A DNA stretch of 64,000 nucleotides from Octopus vulgaris (Eukaryota): assembly GCA_951406725.2 (NCBI GenBank), contig OX597834.1, positions 24,800,001-24,864,000 of the forward strand. Reading direction: 5' to 3'. Of the stretch, positions 53,205 to 64,000 are shown one piece after another. Within the stretch, counting starts at the first letter, position 1. Every line of letters starts with the position of its first letter. The notes under the pieces were generated by a model. That model worked only from the letters and a program-made list of their open reading frames with translations, did not search any database and was not told the origin of the DNA. The translations under genes were made by a program, and so were the position numbers.

Positions 53205-54133
53205 AGAGAAGATATGTTTACGAAGCAGTCCGGAGACAGATCGACTCTCAAGAACACAGAGTGAAGATCCAGATAAATACTCACCTGCACCGTACCATGA
53301 CATCGAACCTGGAACGCCATCTACAATTCTTTCAATGGATACTACGGAGATGACCACCACAACGACGGTAACCACGCTACTGAAGGAAACCCAGCAAGAC
53401 GTCAACGAAAATCTACAAAACGACCGACAGCTTCTGGACCTTCAGGAGTCGGTGGAACCAGACTCACGATTTCGTAAAAAACTTTGTCATATTTTATGTT
53501 GTTGTTGTAGTAACAGTCACCGGCGACAACACCATCATAAGCAAATTCGGTCGAAATCGAAGTCGAAATCGAAATCAAAATCGAAATCGCTTTCGGAAGA
53601 CGACTGCGAATGCTGTAATTGTCACAAAAATAGGACGATGAAACAAAATCGCAAAGTTCTTATAGACTTGACTCTTTTAAAAGATCCTATGTTTCTAATA
53701 TTTGGCACAAGCCTTTGTCTTTTCACCCTAGGCTCGCAGTCGTCTGCTGTGTTTGTCCCAGCGCTTGGCAAGGAAAAAGGTTTAGATAATATCAAAGCAG
53801 CATATTTGATATCGATTCTTGGCGTTACCGATGCCGTAGCAAAGATCTGCGCTGGGTTTTTACTTGATCACAAACCTTTGCAAAAATACCGGCGTTTTTT
53901 ATACAACCTCAACGTTTTTCTAATATCAATTCTCATCATATTGTGTCCATTTATGGAAAATTTTACCGGATTTGGAATCCTTTGCGCCGTTTATGGTGTA
54001 TTAAATGGAATTAATGTGTCTCAGAAAGCAATAATGCTTTCAGAAATTCTTGGAGAGGAAAATATTTCCAGTTCTTTCGGACTTACCATTTGCTTCCAGG
54101 GATTAGGTGCTTTAAGTGGACCCCCTCTATCGG
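53205..54133 (+). CDS. SLC16/MCT-like transporter, coding exon 5 (central loop + TM7-TM11)
   Basis: Lies within ORF 53140-54144. Acceptor ttttatatag|A completes the phase-2 Pro codon; donor TCGG|gtaagt at 54133/54134; ...LIDLTLLKDPMFLIFG...LISILGVTDAVAKICAG...GALSGPPLS(G). Confidence 0.9.
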
Positions 54134-54322
54134 GTAAGTTATAACCTTTGTGTTCTCATTGTCTCCTGCAGTAATTTATTGTTTCACTTCGATCGCCCAT
54201 TGTTTTGATTATGTCCATGTCAACCTATCCACCATTTATAGATGGGAAGAATCCCTCGTGGGTCGAGAATGACGTTAAACTTATGCTAGTGGATGTTCTT
54301 TGGCATAACGACAACACACATA

Positions 54323-54430
54323 TTCATACACACACAAATCGGCCATCTCATACACACACAAATCGGCCATCTCATACACACACAAATCGGCCATCTCATA
54401 CACACACAAATTGACCATCTCATACACACA
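54323..54430. repeat. 24-bp tandem repeat (~4 copies)
   Basis: catacacacacaaatcggccatct units. Confidence 0.85.
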
Positions 54431-55207
54431 TATATTCTACAACACACGTACGCATAATATACAACCACCAGCCATGTCACAAGCACACTCCTCTTGTAGC
54501 ACATACAGTCACCAGAGACATAAACACACCAACACTCTCTCTAAATCTCACACCACACACACTTCAGCCACAACATACATACATCCACACGATGTAAACA
54601 CATACATACCATTCCCCTCACATACAGACACACATTCTGATTTTTGCAGTTTAAGGTAAGTATGAATCTCAGAGCAAAATGTCTTAAAGAAGGTGAACCG
54701 AGACAAGAATTGCCATTCGATTTGGTTAATACCATCGATTAATGTGACCTGAAGAAAAGGAGAAGAAAATGTTCTACTCAGAAATACCATGATTTGAAAT
54801 CTTGAATCATGAATTGTAGTCGAATGCTTTAACTACTCTGCCATTGGAGAGGAGCTCTGGCCTGGAGATAAATTATTGAGTTAAAGTTTTCTCTCACTCA
54901 CTCACTCACTCTCTCCCTCTCTCTTTCCCCCCTTCTCTCTCTCTCTCTCTCTTACTTCATCCCCTTAACAGTATCGGAAACCCTGTCAAACGCTTATAGG
55001 CATATCCTAACCTTCCTTCTCTGATTAAGTAATGTAAACACCACTCCTTATATGAATAACCCAAATTTCATGGCTTAAAGACAAAATATGAAGCCCCATA
55101 TCTAGAAAACTGAAGTGGAGTTGCTCTACTAAAACCTATTCTAGGCAGTGCCCCAGCATGGTCGCCGTTCAATAACTAAATAAGTAAAAAATAAAAGATA
55201 ACAAATA

Positions 55208-55620
55208 GACGCAAGTGCGGATGTGTGGTAAGAAGCTTGCTTCCCAGCCACATGGTTCCGGGTTCAGTCCCATTGTGTGGCATCTTGGGCATGTGTCTTC
55301 TACTATAGTCTCTGGCTGACCAAAACCGTCTGAGTGGATTTGGTTGACGGAAACCGAAAAAAGCCCGTGGTATACATATATCTGTGTGTGTGTGTGTGTG
55401 TGTGTACATGTCTGTTTGTGTCTGTGTTTGTCCCCACCACCCCTTGGCAAGCGATGATGGTGTGTTTACGTCCTGAAATTTGGCGGTTGGTCAAAAGACA
55501 CCGATAAAACAAGTACCACGCTTTAAAAAAGTACTGGGTCGATTCGTTCAGCTAAAAGTTCTTCAAGGCGGTGCCCCAGCATGACCGCAGTCTCATGACT
55601 GAGACACATAAAATATGAAA
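55208..55620 (+). mobile_element. SINE family B, diverged
   Basis: gtgtggtaagaagcttgcttcc...ggttccgggttcagtccc...ccccagcatgaccgcagtc. Confidence 0.8.
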
Positions 55621-55652
55621 TATAAGATAGCATAACATACATACATACATAC

Positions 55653-55697
<45 letters not shown>

Positions 55698-55997
55698 CTT
55701 AGTGTTGATATGTTTTGTATGCGTTCATATGTCTAGTTTATTGGGTGGTATTAAATTTATGGCGTATAGAAATGTCTAGATATTTTATTTATAGAGTTTA
55801 GACTTTATAAAGCCGTATCATGTGTTACAATATATCCATTTATGATGCACGGTTAATACTGGTCGTTGTTGAATGAGGTGGAATAATGGAAATTTATGTC
55901 TTAAGAATCGCGTCGTTTATTTGGGTTGCAGTAATGGAGAATATTATAACTGGTTGAGTAGCGTAACACATATGGGAAACTGGAAAATGTCGCAATG

Positions 55998-56040
<43 letters not shown>

Positions 56041-56227
56041 TAATAATAATGATAATAATCCTGTCTGCTAAAGGAAAATGGCCTGAAATTTCGTGGGGAG
56101 TGGACTAGTAGTTTACATCAACCCCAGTATTTCACTGGTATTTAACTTATCAACCCCGAAAGTACAGAAGGCAAAGTCGATCTCGATGGAATATGAACTC
56201 TGGACGCAAAAACACGAACGAAATATA

Positions 56228-57302
56228 GCTTCTGAATATCCTGCAACTCTTCCGTTGGAGCTCCTTGTTTAGGTTGGTGAGTGCTGCCATAACCTTTGCT
56301 TTCAGTTCATCTTTGGTGTTACAACTGCGCTCCACACATAATAATCAAGGAGATTGCAGCCTGGGGAGTTAAGTGACCAAATGTTAGAGGTGGTGTGGTC
56401 GCAGAAATTGTCTTATAGCCATAACTGAGGTCTCCTGCTTGTGTGGCATGGTGCAGACTCCTGTTGCCAGACATAGGGTCTTCCAGCAGTCATCCTCTTA
56501 CCCAGGGCAGCACTACCTCCTCCAGGCACTTGATGTAGGTCTCCGTGTTGAATTTGAGGCCGTGTGGGATATTGAATGGAGGTATAGCGTCGCCATCGCT
56601 AGTGATCACTCCAAACACCATGATGTTGACTGGATGTTCGATTTTTATCACTCAAGGTACATGTTTTGGTGACACGGAAAGCCAATGGTTGTTCTTTCTG
56701 TGTGTTCACCGTCTGATCCTTGCAGAAAATATTTTAGTCTGAGAAAAACCCAAGCATGTTCGGTAGCATGGTCTTTCCTCTTGTCCTCGATGGCTTGGGA
56801 TAAAAATTGGCCCTTTCTCTTCTTCTATGAGGAATACCGGATGTCTTCATGCACCTCACAAGAAACTCAGACACTTTCATGTCCCTAGCGATGGACCTGA
56901 TTGACTTGGAGGGATCGTTGTCAATCATGGTCTGGATCTTACGAACAAATTCAGGAGTTCTTTTCTTATCAGAACGATCAGAGTGAGTTTTCCAAGCTGC
57001 CGTACCTTCGTAATCATCATTAGACTCATCCAACTCTTTCCGAATCCTCTGCACTGTCCTCAGATTGACACTCAAACACTCTGAAATGTTCGTTTTGGAG
57101 CTTCCGGTGCGAATGCCAAGAAGTACAGTATGTCGTTTCCAGATTTCTGGCAGAGTGAATTGCGTTATGATGCTGTTTTTCTTACAAGACGATGCCCAAC
57201 TGACCCTACAATACTATGTACCCGACAAAATCAAAAACAAACAATGCACATGCACGAAATTAAAAAATATATAAAATGGCGACAATTTACCTATCGCACC
57301 CT
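56228..57302 (-). mobile_element. Degenerate Tc1/mariner superfamily transposon (DD37D/maT-like)
   Basis: TIR tagggtgcgataggtaaattgtcgcc; HTH RTVQRIRKEL...DPSKSIRSIARDM; QESAPCHTS and WSLNSPGCNLLDYYVW (= WPPxSPDxNPLD) motifs. Confidence 0.82.
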
Positions 57303-57335
57303 ATATATGCACGCGTATATATGTGTGTGTGTGTG

Positions 57336-57396
<61 letters not shown>

Positions 57397-57660
57397 GACA
57401 CCCTTCTACTTTAAATTTTCTTCATACCCACTTCCTCCTAATTCAGGCATATCTGATCGATGTTCTGTCTGTAATCTTCAAGAGGGCAACAGCTGTTGTG
57501 GACTGGGGAATTGGAAGGTAGGTAGCGAGGGGTAGGAGTTGAAGGGACTAGGGTAACATCATTAGTCTCTGAAGTTTGTTGGAGTACGGTTGGTTGGCTG
57601 TTTGGTTTAAGGTATGGTGATAGGGGTATGTGTGAATTTGATAAATTTGTGTGTGCGCGC

Positions 57661-57691
<31 letters not shown>

Positions 57692-57795
57692 TAAAATAAA
57701 TGCATATAGAGATTTTTTGTTTGATATAGGGAATATTCCGTCTATCTGTATACACCTGTGTATTATAATCAGGCTGATGTGTGTGTGTGTGTGTG

Positions 57796-57869
<74 letters not shown>

Positions 57870-57994
57870 TATTTATGGATATATTTGAAGTGGTCTTAAA
57901 TCTGTATTGAAACCAGCAGGCAACATTCACTAAAAGCACGTGTATGTGTATACATACATACTTGTGAGTGTGTGCTTCTCTCTCTCCCAGTCTC

Positions 57995-58045
<51 letters not shown>

Positions 58046-58434
58046 CGTGCGGCCGTATCTGTTTTTTAGTTCATATATACCTATATGTATTTATGTATAT
58101 GTGCATGTATTTATATGTATATATATGTATTTATGTATATGTGTACGTATTTATATATATTTATGTGTATGTATTTAGGTATATGTGTGTGTATAGGTAT
58201 GTGTGAATGAATGTGGTGAAAGAGAGAGCGAGACTGTGTGTATGGGCATGTGTGTGTGTGTAGTGGTGGGGTATATAATATAGTTTTGCTAATAAAAGAG
58301 GAAAGAAGAGTTCCAGATGTAGGGGAGATTAACTATAAATATAGCTTAGAGAGTCTAGAAAAGTTGACCCCATTATTCTAGTACCTTAGTTACCACAGGT
58401 AGGAGTGGAGGAGGAGGAGAGAGTAAGTGCACTG

Positions 58435-58704
58435 AGGTAGTGATGATGGCGGTGGTGGTGGTGGTGGTGTTCGTGGTGGTAGTGATGGTGTTGGTTTTAA
58501 TGTGAATGGTAGTGATGGCGGATAAGGTGAGAGTGGAAGTGGCATTGTTAGTAGTAATGGTGGTAGCGCTAACGTTTTGTGGTGGTACGGATGGTGTTGG
58601 TTCAGGTACGAATGGTGGTAGGGTTGTTGTTGATGATGGTGGTGTGGTGTGGTGTTAAATGCTGAAGCTGGTGAGAGTTATGCAAATAGTTGCGGCGGCG
58701 GTGT

Positions 58705-58735
<31 letters not shown>

Positions 58736-59170
58736 GGTGGTGGTGGTGGTTGCAGTGATGATGATGGTGGTGGTGGTGGTGGTGGTGGTGGTTGCAATGA
58801 TGGTGGTGTTAAATGTTGAAGCTGGTGATAGTTATGTAAATAGTTGCGGCGGCGGTGTTGATGATGATGATGGTGGTGGTGGTGGTGGTAGTGGTAGTGG
58901 TTGCAATGAGGATGGTAGTGGTGGTGGTTGCAATGATGGTGGTGGTTGCAATGATGATGGTGGTGCTGCTTCTGCTCCTCTCAATTTTGGTCATAATAGT
59001 TGTTGATGGTAGGGGCCATGTTAATGGTAGTGGTGGTCGTGGTGGCGGCGGTGTTAATGGAAAGAGTGAATGATTGTGTCATCAGAGTAGTGGGGGCGGC
59101 GGTTGTGATTTTAATGGTAGCTATCTCAGGATTTACTCGTAGAGACGGTGGTAGTGGTGATGGCAGTGAT
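58435..59170. repeat. (GGT)n/(GAT)n low-complexity tract
   Basis: Seen directly; source of poly-V/G/M ORFs. Confidence 0.9.
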
Positions 59171-59231
59171 TAAGCCGACATCGATTCAAATACGTTCCAG
59201 GCGTGACAATCCCGTCTTTTAGTCAGATATA

Positions 59232-59558
59232 GGCGTAGGAGTGGCTGTGTGGTAAGTAGCTTGCTTACGAACCACCGGGTTCAGTCCCTTGTGAGTGGAA
59301 ACTGAAAGAAGCCCGTCGTATATGTGTATATATATGTATGTTTGTATATATGTTTGTGTGTCTGTGTTTTTCCCCCCAACATCGCTTGACAACCGATGGT
59401 GGTGTGTTTACATCCCCGTAACTTAGCGGTTCGGCAAAAGAGATCGATAGAATAAATACTAGGTTTACAAAGAATAAGTTCTGGGGCCTATTTGCTCGAC
59501 TAAAGTCGGTGTTCCAACATGGCCACAGTCAAATGACTGACACAAGTAAAAGAGTATA
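59232..59558 (+). mobile_element. SINE family B with internal deletions
   Basis: ggcgtaggagtggctgtgtggtaag head to caagtaaaagagta tail. Confidence 0.82.
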
Positions 59559-60353
59559 AGTATATCTAGGACATTATGCTTCCTCGCCGTCAGTGATATT
59601 GGTAGCATTTCTCTCTCAATGGAATCTTGATAGAAGCTAACTGTAGGATTTGATTTGAGGGAGATTTTTTACCGGGGAGAGTGATGACGTAACGGTTCAC
59701 CGATGTGTGTGTATGTATGTGTTTGTATGTATGTATGTTTTTGTAAGAATAGCTCTGAAGTTCGCTTCGTAATCACTTGATTCCAGGTTCAATCTCCCAG
59801 CGTGACATCTTTGTCAGGTGTCTTCTGCTATAGCCTTGGATTGGCCCATTGCCTTGTCAGTGGAATTTGGTAACCGGAAACTGTGTGGAAGCATGTTTGA
59901 TGTATTGTACTTGTAAATCAAATATCCAATCTTTTTACACATTGTATCACTGTGGACAGCATCAAAAGGTCTGTGGAATACTCAGCCACTTAACACATCT
60001 GTGCTCGATAATAATACAGTAAGAGAAGTGGGAGTCGACTTTGATCGAAAAACAGGCATAGTCATCGCGAAACTGACGCCAGATCACTCGTCAGCGACAT
60101 CAATCATAACATCATCGCCATCATCATCATAATCATCATCATCATCGTCATCGTCATCATCATCATCATCATCATCGTCGTCGTCGTCGTGTCTTTGTTA
60201 TCGTCGTTGTCATTAAGAAAGAGTTAATTACTTGACCTTAGAAAAATATCCAAAACTACAGCAAAATCAAACGAAAGTCACAAAGAATCGCTCCTAAAAC
60301 TGATGTACATTTCAAGTATAAGATTTGAACTATAGGATTCCTTATCGCCTCGT

Positions 60354-60410
<57 letters not shown>

Positions 60411-60616
60411 TCAATCATTCTATCTGTTCTCTCAGTTCTCTCCCTCTTTCCCTCCTCCTAATCTCGCTCTCTGTCAACCGATCAATCAATCAATCTTTTA
60501 TAGAAAATAAGCGAATTTCATCGTAGAACTGGTACGAAAAGCATTCCACATGTTATATGACTCAACACCCAATAAGCACTAAATATATATACTGTGTATG
60601 TGAGTGTGTGTGTGTG

Positions 60617-60667
<51 letters not shown>

Positions 60668-60754
60668 GCACGCACATATATCTCTCTCCGCCTGTGTCTA
60701 TTATACATTAATTTCATTAATTTTACCTCTCTCCATCCATCCATCCATCCATCC

Positions 60755-60826
<72 letters not shown>

Positions 60827-61224
60827 GTCTGTCTGTCTGTCGTTCTATTTATGTGTGTATGTATGTATGCTAGTGTTTACGTCTCTATGCTTTGTAAGCG
60901 CTCGCGCATGTGTGTGGTGTAGAGTCCGTTCCTTTTACCAAGACCTGCTTTGGAAATCAATTAGATTATTTCCTTATAGACCAGAAACCGTTCATTTCCC
61001 TGGCTCCTCTCACCCTTTCTCCTCTCTTCCATTCTGTTACCCAATTTCCAGGGTTCCACACACAACCTGTTCCTATATTAAACTCAATTCTGCCAATAGA
61101 ATTCTGCAGCAATTTCTAATTTGTCAACTGGACAATGTAATTCCGTGACCATTAACTCAGCACCAATCATGTACAGCCAAAACGCACTCTCTCTCTCTCA
61201 CTCTCTCTTTCTATATATATATAT

Positions 61225-61268
<44 letters not shown>

Positions 61269-61310
61269 TACTACATTAATTCATACATATGTGCATGCAT
61301 ATATATAGAA

Positions 61311-61397
<87 letters not shown>

Positions 61398-61489
61398 CAT
61401 GGATATACACAATTGTACACCCTTTCCGTCTCTCTTGCTCTCTATTCACACGTACCCACATACAAACTTAGATGTATGAATGTGTGTGC

Positions 61490-61557
<68 letters not shown>

Positions 61558-62004
61558 ATATATGCATGTATGTATGTATATATATATGATTTCCAACAAT
61601 GTGATCACAATATATATTCTATTTATCATCACACATAGGTACGGTTAAATGCTAACCGTATACAGAGCCGATAAAGAAGAAGGTTTATGAGAGAGAAACC
61701 AGCGTCTGTAACCACGCCAATAATATTTTAATAATATTCCAATGGGACCGGGTTTGAGGGAACACAGAGTCACTACTTAATTTGAAAGTTTATCGTAAAC
61801 TACTTAGAAACTGAAGTACTCTGTTATTAAATCGGTTTTATTGATGTAATATCGAATGTAGCTAGGATTATCTTAGTTTTTGACCGAGAAATAAAATAAG
61901 GTAGATGATTACAGCGAAGAAAGTTAATTTATTTCAATTTAAGATGCTGTTTCGATTATTAGATTTTCAAGGTTTTGAAATTTGGTGTTATTATCTTAAG
62001 AAAT

Positions 62005-62242
62005 TTTCTCACTCTTATATTTTTGTTTGGCACAAGGCGATACTGGAGCACCGCCTTTAGTCTAGCAAATAGACACCAAGACTTATTCTTTGTAAGCTTA
62101 GTACTTATTCTACCGGTCTCTTTTGCCGAACCGCTAAGTTACGGGGACGTAAACACACCAGCATCGGTTGTCAAGTGATGTTGGAGGGACAAACACAGAC
62201 ACACAAACACACAGACACACAGACACACACACACACACATGC

Positions 62243-62260
<18 letters not shown>
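62005..62260 (-). mobile_element. SINE family B 3' half
   Basis: ggagcaccgcctttagtc...ccgaaccgctaag...gggacaaacacagac. Confidence 0.7.
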
Positions 62261-62294
<34 letters not shown>

Positions 62295-63391
62295 ATATAT
62301 ATATAATTAGATCGACTCTGAAAGGATAAAAAGCAAATTTGACTTCGGCAGGACTCGAATTCAGAACTTAAGCTGTCGGATCATATACCGTCGGTTATTT
62401 TCTTCGGTGCTCTACTGATTTACCCTGACACTCCTCGGCTCTTCAAACACTTGTGATATTCCACCGCTCTTCAAATCATTCTGCTCCTCTCCCACCCGAA
62501 TGCTGTCAAAGTCAGTCACAGCTGGACACCAAGTGTTTGATAATATTATATTAAATAACCCGATAGATCTTATGAGACCAAACTTTATGGAACTTGAATG
62601 CAATAATTGTAAAACGAAAGGAATCAATCCGTTCAAAGATGAATTCCTTGAAATACGACAATCTTCTAAAAAGCTAAAGTTACCTCCTAGAAGATTATCG
62701 GGAAAGCTTGAAGAATTTACATGGAATTGAGCGAAGAACATTTTAAAAGTAGATATTTAAAAGTTCGCTTTCAAGTATGAAATCAAGTAAAATGCACATT
62801 TATCAAGAGCTGTAAGGGTGGGGCTGAAACCATGGTCCGATGGAAATAGGACATTGGACCGAGCAAATGACAAATAGTATATTTCTTCTTTTATGAAAAG
62901 AGCAACCGAGGGAGACTCTAGGTGGCTCGTTGGATTTTCCCGACATGGTAACCAAACCTACCTCAAACTATATCATAAATCATCTAAAAAAGATACGCAA
63001 AATACATTAGATAAAATACTCTTAGATGAGCTGGTTCTGAAAATAAGTTGCAATAGTTGCAGCTGTGGCGCTTTTGATTACAACAATACCAGTGTGAGGG
63101 CGGGTCAGGAATAGGCAAATATATTTTAAATCAACGTTTTGATGGGTTTTTTATTTGTTCAGCCACGTGACCGGGTCACGAGGGCACACTTATGTGTTTT
63201 CAATTTATAAATGAAATGAAAAAAAAAAAATACAACAATCATATCGAATGGCAGACAACTCAAATTATAGCGGTGAGATAACGTTCTACTGATCTTATAT
63301 ACGTCACATGCTTCTGTGTAATAATAAACGGTATTATCATGCATCAAAGGTACTTTTAGTGTATCTTGTATGTATGTGTGTATGCATGCAT

Positions 63392-63536
<145 letters not shown>

Positions 63537-64000
63537 CAATCGTAACATTAAACGTTTACCCTGAGTCTGTCGCCAATTTCAATATGAAATAAAGATCCTT
63601 GTTTGAAATGGCATCTGAAGAATGCGAAAATTTTAATTAAAGGATGTAGTATCCAGTTATATGCAGATACACCATGAATGTATATTTGTGAGTGTGTTGT
63701 GTATGTAATATATATGTTAGTGCTTTTCTTGTGTGTGTTCGTGTGAAATACACATACACATAAATATATGTATACGAAAAATCTATTCTGTCTAGGGTTT
63801 GGAGTTACCTTTTACCGTTAAGAGTAATTTGGCAGAAGAATTACTTACTTGCAAAAGCATCATCCCGATTTCTTGCTCGTTTGTTTTAGTGCTTGCGTGT
63901 ATATTTGTATGCATATATGTGCACATATGTGTACATGTATGTATACATATATGTGTACGTATATCTGCCTGTCTGTATGTAGTCAGGGTGCTGTTTTACG

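Larger units (their letters stand above)
3883..54133 (+). other. Spliced gene span: SLC16 / monocarboxylate transporter family MFS protein (MCT12/MCT14-like), 3' end outside window
   Basis: Five exons join in frame with GT-AG introns (phases 1,1,1,2; a phase-1 donor follows exon 5), totalling 1702 nt = 567 codons + 1 nt. SLC16 motifs: WG.LVV.GSF (TM1), TAWV.S, GPL..VLCNRFSCR, YF....STAYG.ASAGSG.G, LYRP, DLTLLKDP.F, GPPL.G. Confidence 0.92.

Noticed and set aside
58659-59073. Gly/Val/Met-rich ORFs
   Set aside because: (GGT)/(GAT) low-complexity DNA.
61050-61119. Possible final exon after ccaatttccag (GFHTQPVPILNS...*)
   Set aside because: Phase-compatible but lacks the expected GxLxDxTGxY/TM12 sequence; the true last exon is probably beyond the window.
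62500-62730. 76-aa ORF with CNNC
   Set aside because: No recognisable family or splice context; perhaps a transposon relic, but unsupported.

Overview
AT-rich, microsatellite-saturated eukaryotic DNA. The SINE and transposon content suggests an Octopus (coleoid cephalopod) genome, which is an inference. One host gene spans most of the window on the + strand: an SLC16/monocarboxylate-transporter-family MFS protein (MCT12/14-like). It has five coding exons recoverable by GT-AG and phase logic (3883-4150, 14535-14651, 32199-32342, 51922-52165, 53205-54133; 567 codons). The last exon (TM12 and C-tail) was not found and is probably beyond 64000. The introns are packed with three tRNA-derived SINE families, Tc1/mariner remnants and MITEs, a non-autonomous Helitron, Tx1-like, R4/Dong and Penelope remnants, and a young 5'-truncated CR1-group LINE with an intact RT ORF and a TSD. 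The main leads are: (i) a SINE inserted as head plus head-to-tail concatemer, with the same self-complementary junction at three independent loci; (ii) (TA)n-embedded Penelope-derived fold-back mini-elements carrying minimal hammerhead-ribozyme motifs; (iii) a TM8 Arg-to-Lys (AAG) codon that A-to-I editing could restore; (iv) a candidate 6-nt stop-containing microexon. Most ORFs in the supplied track are microsatellite artefacts.
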